DNA of 64,000 bases from Octopus sinensis (GCF_006345805.1 NC_042999.1:9796001-9860000); one strand, 5' to 3'. Positions 23,295-37,154 are shown, numbered from the stretch's first letter. Translations and numbers: made by a program. The notes: generated from the letters alone by a model not told the origin.

Positions 23295-24033
23295 AAGCTC
23301 CCTCGAACCAGTGAATCAAAGAAGGACCAATGATCTTGTTTATAACTGATTATGTACCTATGATTTCGTAATTTAAGTCATCAGAAACCGATTAATTAGT
23401 TAATATTGTTTCTAATTAAGACACAAAGCCTGAAATTTTGAAGGGAGAGGGTTTAGTCGATGTCACTAACTCCAGTACTTGATTGGTATTTAATTTCATC
23501 AACCCCAAAAGGTAATGTCACTGCCGTCAAGATTCGAAACTAAAACGCAAAGTGCTGGAAGAGATACCACCAGACACTTTATTCGCCCTCTAATGATTCT
23601 GGCAACATGAAATCAGAACCGTTTCCAGTTTCATGTGTTCTATGAACCAGTCACTCTCAGCTGATCGATTGGATATTTGATATCAAAGACGCAGAACCGT
23701 GCGCAATAAATAATTCATACATTCAAAGCTTTCTTGTTGTTTAAATTTTCGCCCCGTTTTTTGCTTAGGTCTATCAAAATTAGGAAGTGAGCCAGCAGAA
23801 CCCTTGACAACATCGGACAAAATGCTATCTTAAATCTCATCCGTTCTATTCATCTTCCTTCCACATATAAGTTGCTTCACGATATTCAAAATTTTGTATT
23901 TCACTCAATGGTAACCACAGCTGAAAAGCAACAAGTCTCTATCTCAATTCTGATTTAAATACTAATAATTACTACTACTAATTAATTGAGCTTTATTATA
24001 GTAGTAGTAGTTGTTGTTGTTGTTGTTGTTATA

Positions 24034-24425
24034 CGAACTAGCAGACTCGTTAGCACACCCGGGCGAAATGCTTAGCAGTATTTCGTCTGCCGCTACGTTC
24101 TGAGTCCAAATTCCGCCGAGGTCGACTTTGCCTTTCATCCTTCTGGGTCGATTAAATAAGTACCGGTTACGCACTGGGGTCGATATAACCGACTTAATCC
24201 CTTTGTCTGTCCGTGTTTGTCCTCTCTGTGTTTATTCCCTAGTAGGTAGTAAAGAAATAGGTATTTCGTCTTCCGCTACGTTCTGAGTTCAAATCCCGCC
24301 AAGATAGACTTTACTTTTTATTCTTCCGGAGTCGATAAAATAAGTAGCAGTTGAACACAGCAGTCAATTTAATCGACTCACCCCTCCCCTCAAATTGTTG
24401 CCCTTGTGGCAAAATTTGAAACCAT
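24034..24425 (+). mobile_element. SINE-A dimer: tail-A unit followed by headless unit with tail C
   Basis: Junction AAAGAAATAG|GTATTTCGTC at 24260/24261. Confidence 0.8.
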
Positions 24426-24764
24426 AATTATTATTATTATTATTATTATTATTAGATGTAAGAATATTTTTCTCTCATAAAATTAAACGAATTCAATTAC
24501 TGATAACATCTTATCGCCCCCGCAATGAAAACCACCCCAGTTAACAAGAGATTATTAAATAAAAAACAAAACCAGTCTATTTTCTGTTTTAACCTTATAC
24601 CATTAATTAAAATTATAAATAACAAATAATAAGTTTAAACTAAAACAGTCACAATTTGAACGTTAAACTACAAAAACAAATTTACATTTTACAGCTTCTC
24701 TGTACATAAGGTTTTATTCAGCCGGTCAGCGAATTACAGCATCTGTGATTTTTCATTAACCGTT

Positions 24765-25050
24765 TCCTTATATCGATGGCGAGAATTTCCTCTTAGCATC
24801 CGCTTGCCAGTGGATAAATGTTATTGACGAAGCCCAAAGACGCAGAAATGCACATCTAACAATGCTATCGCCACTACTGGAAGGATATTCGTCTGCAACT
24901 GATTACGTTTGTGTTTTCTAACACTATAACGTCTACCAGGTATACTATCTCAGGATGAATACTGCAACTAATTGGGCTTTCAAAGATGTATCTTCTTTAA
25001 GTCTGATGCACAGACTGCTATTTTAAACTAATACTGCTGTCGCTATACAT
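24765..25050. repeat. Old dispersed repeat of unknown class, homologous to 46075-46345
   Basis: Colinear alignment with shared blocks such as GTTTCCTT.TATC and AAGACGCAGAAATG. Confidence 0.55.
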
Positions 25051-25119
25051 AACGAAAATGTAGATTAGGGTTGCGTCTGGAGAAAATATCTAACTTGTGT
25101 TACATAGTTTTTATATGTG

Positions 25120-25394
25120 ATGTAGCATGCCAAGTAGTTAGACATGCTGCACTCAAGATTGTATGATTGTCGTTTCGATTCCCGGACAAGGCGGCACGTT
25201 GTGTTCTTGAGCAAATCACTTCATTTCACGTTGCTCCAGTCCACTCAGCTGTAAATGGGTCACACTGCAACGGACGAATGTTGGCCTGCGCACCCAGCCA
25301 GAAGGAGTTACATCATTCGAAAGCTAAAAACGAAGTAAAGCGCATTGTGACCGGCGAGGTAATAACAACATCCGATAATCTAATCGATCACATG

Positions 25395-25395
<1 letters not shown>
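25120..25395 (+). mobile_element. tRNA-derived SINE family D
   Basis: TTCGATTCCC, GTTCTTGAGCAA block; tail homologous to 57900-58205. Confidence 0.65.
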
Positions 25396-25460
<65 letters not shown>

Positions 25461-25919
25461 GCAAACATATTATATTATATATATATATATATATATGCAT
25501 ATAAATACGTATGTATTGTATATATACAATACATACATACATATGTATATATATATATGTATGTCCGTGTGTGTATATATGTAGGTATGTATGTAATTAT
25601 ATATATATATATATGTATATATATATAAATCAATATACAGTTGATATACATTAATCATTTCCCGTAAAGTTTTAACATTTAAACTCTGCTATTTTAGGTT
25701 TGGTTTAAAACGAAATGAGGATCTGTGGAGGACCGGGTCCCTCTGTTCAAATGCTCCTCATGGTTTACTGCATCCAAACCACGTCGTCCTCCAGGTTTAC
25801 CATAAATAACAAACAGTGAACCTCCTAGATTCATTTCGTCTACGACTCCTTATACCAGCAGATCTCTATACATTAGTTTGTAAATACGCAGTTTGATTCA
25901 TAGGATTACAGCCACATTG

Positions 25920-26320
25920 ATAGCTCTGTGGTTAAGGCACTCGATTTGCAACCATGTGGTTTCAAGTCTAGTCCCATTACGTGGCACATTGGACAAACAT
26001 ATTCTGCTACAGACCCGGGCAGATCAATGCCTTATGAGGGAATTTAGTAGACGAAAACTGCGTGGAAGCCCGTCGAATGTGTGTGTGTGTGGTGTGTGTG
26101 TGTGTGTGTGTGTCCCACCACTATCATTATCATCGCTTGACAGTGTTGGCGCTGGTTCGTTTACTTACCAGTAACTTAGTGGTTCGATAAAAGATACCGA
26201 TGTAATAAGTACCAGGCTTAAAATATAAACTGGGTTTGGTTTGTCCAACTAAAGACTTCGAGGCAGTGCTCCAGCATGGCCGCAGTCTAATGACTGAGAC
26301 AAGGAAAAGCTAAAAGACAC
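25920..26320 (+). mobile_element. Diverged SINE family B variant
   Basis: tRNA-like head, GAAGCCCGTCG, family B tail. Confidence 0.7.
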
Positions 26321-26527
26321 AAGATATTATTCAGCTCTCCAGAGAAATACATATTTAGAAGATCAATGACGACCGATTTCAAAAACCGAACCCCTTCTTA
26401 GGGGTCCTTAATCTTAGGGGTTCTGGATTGTTTGTTTTAATAAACAGTTTGATCGATAAACATAATTGTAATTCGATAAAATAGCGGGGTTTCATAATGT
26501 AGCGCCCCCTTTTAAAAAAAATATTCA

Positions 26528-26935
26528 GAGGAGTGGCTGTGTGGTAAGTAGCTTGCTAACCAACCACATGGTTCCGGGTTCAGTCCCACTGCGTGGCATC
26601 TTGGGCAAGTGTCCTTCTACTATAGCCTCGGGCCGACCAATGCCTTGTGAGTGGATTTGGTAGACGGAAACTGAAAGAAGCCTGTCGTATATATGATATA
26701 TATATATGTTATGTGTGTATATGTTTGTGTGTCTGTGTTTGTCCCCCCAACATTGCTTGACAACCGATGCTGGTGTGTTTACGTCCCCGTCACTTAGCGG
26801 TTCGGCAAAAAAGAGACCGATAGAATAAGTACTGGGCTTACAAAGAATAAGTCCCGGGGTTGAGTTGCTCGACTAAAGGCGGTGCTCCAGCATGGCCGCA
26901 GTCAAATGACTGAAACAAGTAAAAAGAGAAAGAGA
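26528..26935 (+). mobile_element. SINE family B, full length
   Basis: Complete head-to-tail match to family B. Confidence 0.9.
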
Positions 26936-28914
26936 GCCCCTTTTATAACATATGCTACAGGTCTCGTTGTAGTTTAGCCCAGCCCCGATAGGTAGGTGGG
27001 TGTAACTGGGAGGGAAGTTAGATAGGTGAGTAGGTGGATAGGTCGGTAGGTGAGCAGGCAGATTAATCATACAAGCATGGAGTCATAAATTGAAACGCTG
27101 CGGAGATTTGCCATGATATCTGCATTTGAAATGAATGGTGCGGTGACACACATAAATACACGCATGCTTACACACGTTGTGTACAACCGTACGGAAATGT
27201 TTCACACTTCGAAGGACCTCTACAAAAGGGCTCTTGTAAGTTTGTGAAGGGTTTGGTCTTGTTTAAGTAGAAAGGAAATGGTTGAATGGATAAACGATTG
27301 ATCTACTAACTTAACGGTCCTAGTTTCGAATCCATTGTAGGTATTTTCTTGTGACTTATTCCTCCGTAGATATCTCAGAAAATTGGTTGAGTCGTTAGAG
27401 CATCGGAGAGAAAAGCACTTGCGTCGTTCGTTTCCTGTTTTTGTCGCTTTCAGTTCAAATTCTGCCAAAGTTAACTTTGCTTTCCAATCTATCAGAGATC
27501 GATAGATAAAGTAGAGGCGAAGTGTTATCGACTGGCGAAAGCGTTGGGTCGTCGGGCGGAATCCGTGCAGTATCTGTTCTGGTTGTTTGTGTTCTCAGTT
27601 CAAATTCTACCCAGGAAGCCGATGGGCGAATTACCTGACCATGGGACTAGCGTCAACCCACAAATGAACAATGTGAACGGGTAGACCAACAACCAACAGA
27701 GACGAATTGGTAACAAGGGGATGAGGTGCATCCAGTAATAGATCGAAAATGGATGATGTTATGTAAAACCGCTGTCCACCGAACTGCCAGGAAAGATTTC
27801 AAATGAATCTTAGAATATTGAGATCACACAGCGTCTCATCAAGAGATGGTGGTGGTGGTGAATGATTTTTTCCTATCTTCTTGGTGACATCAAACTGGGC
27901 CAAGCAAAACGAACAAATGGAATCTTCGCAAATCAACCTCACATCCCACAACACTCAAGCGTTCAAATTCTGCCCTTGCTCATCTTTGCCATTCACCCTT
28001 CCGTCTCAATAACTGTTGTGGCGGACAGCCCCAAGTGAGAAGTGGGCTGTTCCACTACTGATAAATAGTGGACAGACACAGCAACCGGGGTCGGTCGGTC
28101 GGTCGGTGAGGCGCGCCATACGTGCCAGTCACACAGACAAGGTCACGTTGTCACAGCGCGGGGCTTATCAATAACTAAACAACCAGATTAAGACTTTAAT
28201 AAATTATTCTCTCCCTTCCCCCCTCTTTCTCTCCCCCACCCGGATTATACCTTTTATTTAAAGGTCCCGCCTCGGTTCACTGTGTTATTCTGTTTCGGTC
28301 AGAAAATTATGTTAAATGGCTTCACCTGTCTGCGGAATATTCTGCCACTTACACGTTAATTTCGAAAGAAGGGATGCATTTCGTCATACAGTCGAATGCT
28401 CGTCGTCGAGTTCGCCGGAGGCTCCACCTATGCATGAAAACTACTGCAATATCGGAAATATTACTTCTATCAACTTCTTCGTAACTTAGCGGTTCAGGAA
28501 AAGTGACCGATAGAAAAAATACCGGGCTTAAAAAAAAAAAAAGCTAGAATGGGCCCCATTCGTTCGACTAAAATTCTTCATGGAGCTGCCCCAGCATGGC
28601 CACAGTCTAATGACTGAAACGAGTAAGAGATAATAGATAAAAGATCGACAAAACCTCAATTCTTCCATTGCCTCAAATGGTGCCGCGCGGCACAGCATTT
28701 TTGTTTTGCAGCATTTCATCACTTGTATGTTCCAGGTTCAAATTTTTCCGGGTTTCACTCCGCATTTTACCTTTTCTCAGTCAGTTGAATAAATACCAGT
28801 AATGTACCAAGGGGATTTTAGTTCTTGTCCACCCCACATACAAACACTGAGCGAGCAGACCTGTGACTAAATATATTCCTGTCGTGACCACCACGACTTA
28901 TTTGTGTATCTCAG

Positions 28915-29140
28915 ACTCTTTTACTCTTTACTCTTTTACTTGTTTCAGTCATTTGACTGCGGCCATGCTGGAGCACCGCCTTTTAATCGACAACTCGACA
29001 CCGGGACTTATTCTTTTGTAAGCCCAGTACTTATTCTATCGGTCTCTTTTGCCGAACCGCTAAGTAACGGGGACATAAACACACCAGCATCGGTTGTCAA
29101 GCAATGCTAGGGGGACAAACACAGACACACAAACACACAT

Positions 29141-29211
<71 letters not shown>

Positions 29212-29375
29212 TACGACGGGCTTCTTTCAGTTTCCGTCTACCAAATCCACTCACAAGGCTTTGGTCGGCCCGAGGCTATAGTAGAAGACGCTTGACCAAG
29301 GTGCCATGCAGTGGGACTGAACCCGGAACCATGTGGTTGGTAGACAAGCTACTTACGACACAGCTACTCCTGCGC
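28915..29375 (-). mobile_element. SINE family B, full length
   Basis: Complete reverse-complement match. Confidence 0.9.
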
Positions 29376-29769
29376 CTATGTTATTATTTGTACCCTTTCT
29401 TTGCGCGGTGTAAATTGAGAAAGATTTAGCTGTTTAGGTAAATTCCATCCTCTCCGTACCCCGCTTCCTTAAAAATATAAGGTATTTCATCAGAATTAAA
29501 ATTTCGTATTTCACCCAACGGTAACAAGGACTGAAAAACTATAGAGTTTAGTCTCAAATTCCTCATTTAAATCCATTTTTGCCTCTGGAACAGGCATGAA
29601 CGCCACATCTTCGAATTTCCTTTCTTTTCTAGTCTCATTGTTTGAGATAGCTCTTCTAAGCATGCGCGTCACAAATTCACAGGTATTTATTTTATGTCTC
29701 AGAAATTTTAGTCTAATTGAGGAGTATAACAGGTTGACATAAATACAGGTGAGACAAAGGTAAGTGATA

Positions 29770-30290
29770 GGCAGGTAAATATTTAAGTGGGTGGATGGGT
29801 GGGTGGGAAAGACATTGAATGGGATGGTAAGTAGGGAGGCAGGAAGGGGGGAAAGTGGTAGGGAGGAGGTAAGTAGATGTAACATCGTTTAGAAAAAGCA
29901 AATAGGAAAATAGGAAGAGACAAAAGTTGGTAGAAGATCATGGGTAGGTAGGGGTGGGGTGGGTGGGATATGAGCAGGTACAAGGCGGGTGTGTGGGTGG
30001 GAGTGGAGATTGATAGGTTGGTTAGAGGTAAGTTGAAGGTAGGTGGATGGATGGGTAGATTGTTTGGTAGCTAGAAAGGTGATACATAGGTATATAAAGT
30101 AGGAAGGTAGGGACATAGGTAAGTGGATGGGTACGTAGGGTGGGAGGGAGGAAAGGGAGAGAGAGAGAGAGAGAGAGAGAGAGGGGGAGAGAGAGAGAGA
30201 GGAGCAGTAGTTGATGGGTTGGGGTTAGAAAATATTGGTAATTAAGGGAGGAAGCGAGAATGATGCCGTTCGCTTTTTCCTTCTTCAATG
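29770..30290 (+). repeat. Degenerate G-rich tetranucleotide repeat (GGGT/GGTA/GGAT) plus (GA)n
   Basis: Runs such as GGGTAGGTAGGGGTGGGGTGGGTGGG. Confidence 0.75.
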
Positions 30291-30357
30291 TATATGGATG
30301 AGGGTATGTGTGCGTATACGTATGTATGTGTGTGTGCGTATGCGTATATGCGTATAT

Positions 30358-30665
30358 GAGGGTGAATGCGTGTGGTTTAATGGTTTAGGGGATTCCGATT
30401 AAGATCGTAAGGTCGTGAGTTCGATTCCTGGTGACGCGTTGTGTCCTTGAGCAAGACACTTTATTTCACGTTGCTCCATTCCACTCAACTGAGGGAAACG
30501 AGTTGTACCCGTAATTTCAAAGGGGCCAGCTTTGTCATATTTTGTGTCATATTGAATTTCCATAAGAACTACGTTAAGGGTACACGTGTCTGTGGAGTAC
30601 TCAGCCACTTGCACATTAACTTCACAAATAGACTGTTCCGTTGATCCAGTTCATCTGGAACACTT
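30358..30665 (+). mobile_element. SINE family C
   Basis: tRNA-like head, GTCCTTGAGCAAGACAC, family C tail. Confidence 0.8.
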
Positions 30666-30748
30666 GTATGCGATGGAATGCTTGTTATGAGTGTATGTGT
30701 GTGTAGATATATATACACATGTATGTATATATATACATATATATATAC

Positions 30749-30799
<51 letters not shown>

Positions 30800-30891
30800 G
30801 ACATATATATATATATATAATATATATATGTAGATATATATATACATATATATATATAGATATATATATATATAGATATATATATATATAT

Positions 30892-30927
<36 letters not shown>

Positions 30928-31009
30928 ATAAATTAATAAATAAAACATATGCAATATATATATACATATATGTACGTACCTACCTCTACATGTATATATA
31001 CATGCATAT

Positions 31010-31200
31010 ATATGTACAGGACACCAAAAAACGTCGTCGAACACAATGAGAAACGAAAACATAAACACAAAAACAAGGAAATGGACTTTCTTTAAAAACA
31101 ACGAAAAAATAGAGTACAGGACATACAAAACAAGGAAAATTCCCCTTCTTCAGTCGCCATGGTTTCATATATTTATATTAGAGAGTAAAATGTTGGTAAA
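31010..31200. mobile_element. Probable Penelope-like terminal-repeat fragment
   Basis: Purine-skewed segment with partial hammerhead-core-like CTGAAGAAGGGG on minus strand; incomplete. Confidence 0.3.
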
Positions 31201-31434
31201 GTTATATCTTAAAAACCACCGTACATAGTATAAGTAATATTGTATTAAGAAATAAAGTACACTTAAGATCATTAGAAATAAATAAAGTACATCTACGATC
31301 AATAGAAAAATTTTTTTAACGTTTTAAAAGTTCTTACGTTCGTTTCATGAATATACAACCTTTCAAAACGGAAGAAGAATTGGATTATGGGAATTCCATC
31401 TCTACACAGCAATTACGGATTTTTACCATGGATT

Positions 31435-31855
31435 TACTCTTTACTCTTTTACTATTTTACTTGTTTCAGTCATTTGACTGCTGCCATGCTGGAGCACCGC
31501 CTTTAGTCGAGCAACTCAACCCCGGGACTTATTCTTTTTGTAAGCCCAGTACTTATTCTATCGGTCTCTTTTTGCCGAACCGCTAAGTGACGGGGACGTA
31601 AACACACCAGCATCGGTTGTCAAGCAATGCTAGGGGGACAAACACAGACACACAAACACACACACATACATATATATATATATACATATATACGACAGGC
31701 TTCTTTCAGTTTCCGTCTACCAAATCCACTCACAAGGCATTGGTCGGCCCGGGGCTATAGCAGAAGACACTTGCCCAAGATGCCACGCAGTGGGACTGAA
31801 CCCGGAACCATATGGTTGGTTAGCAAGCTACTTACCACACAGCCACTCCTGCGCC
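31435..31855 (-). mobile_element. SINE family B, full length
   Basis: Complete reverse-complement match. Confidence 0.9.
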
Positions 31856-32808
31856 TATCTTTATCTTATTTTTTTCAAAACTTTTCGCTCAAATTTATAC
31901 CAACATAGATTTATACGAACAATTTTGAAACATCTTTCTCATTCGATTTTAAATAGCATTTCCCTCATTCGATTTCCTCCACTGAAATTCATCCTTTCCT
32001 CTGGTGAGGGGATAGACTTTCTAATATTGCTTTTCAACTTCAGATTTCGCTTTGAGAGGCAAAATATTCATGAAACGATCGTAAGAACTTTCAAAACATT
32101 TCTTTAATGCTCATCGCTGTACTTTATCTATTTATCCATCAATACAATACTCTTTTCTATTCTGGGCACAAGGCCCCGAAATTTGGGGGGAAGGGACCAG
32201 TCGATTAGATCGACCTCAGTATGCAACTGGTACTTAATTTATCGACCCCGAAAGGATGAAAGACAAATTCGACCTTGGCGGAATTCGAACACAGAACCTA
32301 TTTACTAATACAATATTGTTTCCATTATGAACTCATCTCTGCTGGGATTTTTAAGACATAATTTTTCCAACTTCTTACTCTATAATATGTAATCGCTCTC
32401 ATTGAATCTCTGAATATTTCATCTCACAACTCGCTTGCCGCACAGATTTTCTTCAACTCTGGGACTAAGTTCCTAATATCCTTTCTTTCTTTGTGGGGAT
32501 CCTCGATGTTCCGGTCTTCTGGAACGTTTGCTGTAGAACCTTCTGGAAAGTTCCCTCTGCTTCACATTTTTAATTCGAGGGACGGCAAGTCACGTGGAGG
32601 GGTCTGTTCCAAACTCCCGCTTAATCTACCTTTGCACTTCGATTGCGTTTCCTAACTTCCGGCAGCAAATTATGACAAATTTCCTGTTTCTAAAGCCTAG
32701 TCTGGCTCCCGTCATTGTTTCTAATGAGTTGAATCGAAAAAGAAGTAAAAATTAAGCGAGTTATCAGCTATTCAAGTGTGTAAATATTTTCGAGGATATC
32801 CTGTATAA

Positions 32809-32870
<62 letters not shown>

Positions 32871-33237
32871 TGTGCGTGTGTGTGTGTGCGGCTGATGGTT
32901 TTCGCTGCTGCTCGCAGTTCCATGGTTCCAGAGAGGTGGACTAACTATGCTGAAACTCCTGAGCCATGGCAGCCAACGGAGCTACGGGAGTCAGAAAAAT
33001 TCGATAATTGTAAACCGGGGCCGAGGATGATGATGATTGTGAGGTGATGAGGGGTTTTAACAGAGGAACTGGAGGACGAGGGGTACATTTAGAATCTCTA
33101 CTTAGCTCCATTGATTTCTGTCGTTAACCATTTTGCATCTGTACTAAAGGGACTTGAATCTTACTCTGTGTGTTCGCATATGTATGTATGAATGTGTGTG
33201 TGTGTGTGTGTGTATGTGTGTATATATGTATGCGTAT

Positions 33238-33269
<32 letters not shown>

Positions 33270-33642
33270 CTCTTTTACTCTTTACTCTTTTACTTGTTTC
33301 AGTCATTTGACTGTGGCCATGCTGGAGCACCGCCTTTAGTCGAGCAAATCGACCCCAGGACTTATTCTTTGTAAGCCTAGTACTTATTCTATCAGTCTCT
33401 TTTGCCGAACCGCTAAGTTAATATATATATCTATATAAGTTAATATATATATCTATTCATACACACACGTACAGATATTAATATATATATATATATATAT
33501 ATATAGTATATTATATATACACTCGCATATACAACATATATATGCATATATACATACGTATATATATCAAAACTAATCAAAGGACATACTAAGCATGTCT
33601 ACCTTCTCGTAAAATTATTTGCGCCATAATGAAATATATATA

Positions 33643-33742
33643 NNNNNNNNNNNNNNNNNNNNNNNNNNNNNNNNNNNNNNNNNNNNNNNNNNNNNNNNNN
33701 NNNNNNNNNNNNNNNNNNNNNNNNNNNNNNNNNNNNNNNNNN
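33643..33742. other. Assembly gap (100 N)
   Basis: Run of N. Confidence 1.
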
Positions 33743-33959
33743 CATTCAACGTAATTGAAGTAAGAACCAGTTTCGCGTTGCTCAATTCTCAGTTTCATGA
33801 ACAATGCGAAACTTGCCCTTACTTCAATCATATTGAAAGAACGAAACCTTATTTTGTACAAAATTGTATAAAATCTTTATCATGGCTCTTGTACACTCTT
33901 AAATCCTGTAAAACAAATCTGTGATTTTTCATCTTTTTTCTCTCTATATATATACATAT

Positions 33960-34165
33960 ATGGTGGTTGTCTACTCCTTATTCAGTTTGACCACCTCCTG
34001 TACCTACACCTGTAGAACCATCATGGCATATGATGTGGATTTTTAAACCAGACAATGTTCTGAAAAGACATCCACAGATTGCACATCCGATTTGGACCAC
34101 CAAGAGCTGTAGATATGTTCTGATCTTTGAGGATCTTAAGATGTCTTTTGAGGCCTCCGTTAGAT
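33960..34165 (-). mobile_element. RTE LINE 3' end fragment
   Basis: Encodes CAICGCLFRTLSGLKIHIICH (C-terminal zinc-finger-like motif), then short 3' end into (TA)n. Confidence 0.65.
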
Positions 34166-34450
34166 TATACACACACACACACACACATACACACACACAC
34201 ACACCAACGCACGCACACACACACTATATTTCAAATTATTAACGACATAATATATATATTTTTTTTTAACTACTGGTTGGAATTCAATAAAATCTCCGCA
34301 GAATAATGTCAGCAGTTATATGTGCGTAGTGTGTAAAAAATGTGAGGTTTTGCGCAAATGTAAACAAAACCATGGCCATTCGCATGATTTCCATGAACTT
34401 TAACTGTTCCAAATTATTAATGAGTGGTCTAATGATATGGGTCTAATGAT

Positions 34451-35450
34451 TTGGGTCGTAAATGTGACTTAATTGCTTCAGAGAAATCTGTTATTACTCC
34501 TGAACTTGCAAAAGGTAAATCAACATTAGAAATTTGTAAGATAATTGGAAGATATCACCAAACTGTGAAAAATCGGTTAGAGCTCCTACGAAGATACGTA
34601 AGAGAGCCGATAAGGTCCAGTCGAGGGATGTTTCTCAATGTCCTCTCTCGCAAATTGGGCGTGAAGCCTTAAAAACCCAGGTGTTACAAGTGGAGAACTT
34701 TTCGAGCACATTGGCGAAACAACTGTGTCCAAAACTACCTGATGTCTTCTGGAAAAGGTCGGTAAACCTGTGATATTAGTTAAAAAGGACTCCTTCAAAC
34801 AAATTACACATAGAAAATCGTTTGAAATGGGCAGAAGATAACATGAAGGTCGTCTTTTCAAAAGTTTTGTTTGCGGACGAAACTCATGCTACCCTTCATG
34901 GACCTGATGGCTGGAACAAAGGACGGGTTGTAAATGGACGAGATTGTCACCAACGCTTGAAAGGCCAACAAGTGGGAAGAGGCATCATGATTTAGGCAGG
35001 TATTATTGGAAGCATTACGGGTGGTCTTTGGAATGTGCCTGGCCGTGTTAAAATGACTGCGGAGGCTTACATAGCGTTTCTGAGGGAGCACTTTGAACCT
35101 TGGTTGAAGAAGCAGAGGATCACCTTCAAGACAACCCTGATATTCATGCAAGATAATGTGCCCTCACACTCAGTGAAGAAAACTACAGAATATCTGCAAC
35201 AATTAGGCTTCCGTGGGCCTCGGAAGATGAAGTGGCCTGCCTGTTCCCCTGACCTGAACCCAATAGAAACCTTGTGGAGTATTCTAAAGCAACCAGTTTA
35301 CAAGAATGGATGCCAATTTAGGCGCAAGGATGAACTGTGACTGGCGATGGTCGGTATATCTCGAGATATAACATCAGAAGATTCCCAGGAATTAGCATGT
35401 TTCATGGATCAGCGCCTTTTTCAACTTATTTCAAACAAAGGCTCATACCA
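34451..35450 (+). mobile_element. Degraded Tc1-like transposase, DD37E (TRT-type)
   Basis: N-terminal MGRKCDL..EKSVI; VLFADETHATLHGPDGW; QDN-(37 aa from D)-WPACSPDLNPIE; frameshifts and a W>stop; no TIRs seen. Confidence 0.85.
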
Positions 35451-37154
35451 TGAAGGCTTGAAACAGGCTTTGGTAGAATTTAGTATTTCATTCTGGGCTC
35501 TTAACGAACAGTTAATAGGAAGGTGATGGGAAGTTGTGACGTTTATGCTTTTCTGAAGAATATTAAGCTGCACGTGTGAAATTAAATGGATTTAATATTG
35601 GGACTAGAACAATTGAAGAATCGGCAACTGGACGTTTACATGTTAATCCACGAAACTCATCATTGTCAGAGAAGCTCCTGAGAGAAAGAGGAATTCGATA
35701 CGTGGTTCTTCATCCTGTTAAAAGTAGCAGCCAAATCTGCCACAGATTACATCTTGTAATCTTGAATGAAGAGTTGTATGTTGGGATGACGTTGTCTTAG
35801 ATATATCATGCCCGAAAAATAGATGGAAGAGTCACATCTGGAATGCTTTTGATCATAGATTGGCTTAATCGGAAGTGAAAGACTAAAGTTCTTTTTTTCA
35901 TTCATTCCTCTTTCTCTTTGTCATTTCTTTCTTTCCTCTTTCTTTCTCTCTTTTTCAGTCTCTATTTATCTGTCCGTCGGCATCTGCCTCTCTAAACAGC
36001 TGTCGACCTATCTATCTATTTGTCTGTCTATTTTATCTTGTTCAGAAACACATATAGACGACTGCTTGTATTATGCGCGCGTGTGTTTGTGTGTGTGTAA
36101 TCAAACATGTGTGGATGTGTGTGTGTGTACGTGTTTGTACGTACGTACGCGCGCGTGCTGTCTGACAAAGGCGGGCAAGCTGAAGCTTCGAAGTCACTGT
36201 CAACTTTATGTGCACTCTACTAAAACTATTGAGCATTTCTTCAGTTTGATGTTAAATCGTTTATATACACTTCGACATTAAACGAACATTAATATAGCCA
36301 TAGATATATACATACAAACACACATGCATCCTTTATACAAGCGCGCGCATACGGTCACCCTCGTATGATATTTAGAAAGTTATGGCAAAGGAACGGGAAA
36401 GAGAACCGGGCTTTTCGTTCAGCCGGTCACGTGCAGAAGTGTGCTTGGACATCCGTACCTTTTTTCACAAAAGATGTGGGAAAGGGGACGTAATTGTGCA
36501 CTTTTACGGAAGCTGCTAAATGTTATGGCGGCGGCAGTCGATAGCAATTTTTGATGATTTGCTTTGGTTGGCAGACTTGTGATTGGTAAAGAATAATGCA
36601 TTTGATTCCTTGCACCGTCTCAAAGATTGTTTATATGAACAGAGATCTTCATCATTCTTGGGGTGAGAGGAAAGAAGATTGTTTTGTAGTCTTTCATTGA
36701 CCATGAAGATTTGAGATGCATTTGCGATTATTTTCTTCTAAAGATTGAAACCGAATCGTTGACTCCGTTCACCAATATCCTATTCCTGAATTACTGTACT
36801 CAGTAACTTAAATATAAGTTGCTCCAGCATAGCCGCAATCAAATGAGAGAAACGAGTAAAAGGATATAAATTTGTCTTTCTTAACTAAAATATAATTTTC
36901 AATATCCGCATGAAACGTTGCCATTTTACAAAAGAGAGAATGGAAAATTATTATGAGTGTCATACATTTCTTAAGAGTGTTTATCGCTTGGAATCACGTG
37001 ACATTTCAGTCAGAAATCGAAATGGAATTGTGAAATATGCTGAGAATCTCTTTCTTTCTCACTCGTCAATTATTTGACCCGGAATACCACTAAGCATTTT
37101 GTTCGACGCTCTAAAGATTCTGCCAGTCACCCTACCATCTTTCAAATTATAATA

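Noticed and set aside
24810-24870. VIDEAQR as a Walker-B motif
   Set aside because: Not conserved in the second copy (ATDNALR) and no codon-position bias
28025-28085. Two adjacent short hairpins in a CpG-richer patch
   Set aside because: 6-bp stems are expected by chance; no second copy or known motif
29633-29682. Possible 50-nt plus-strand exon (SLFEIALLSMRVTNSQ) with good acceptor
   Set aside because: No recognisable homology, weak donor, no supporting exons
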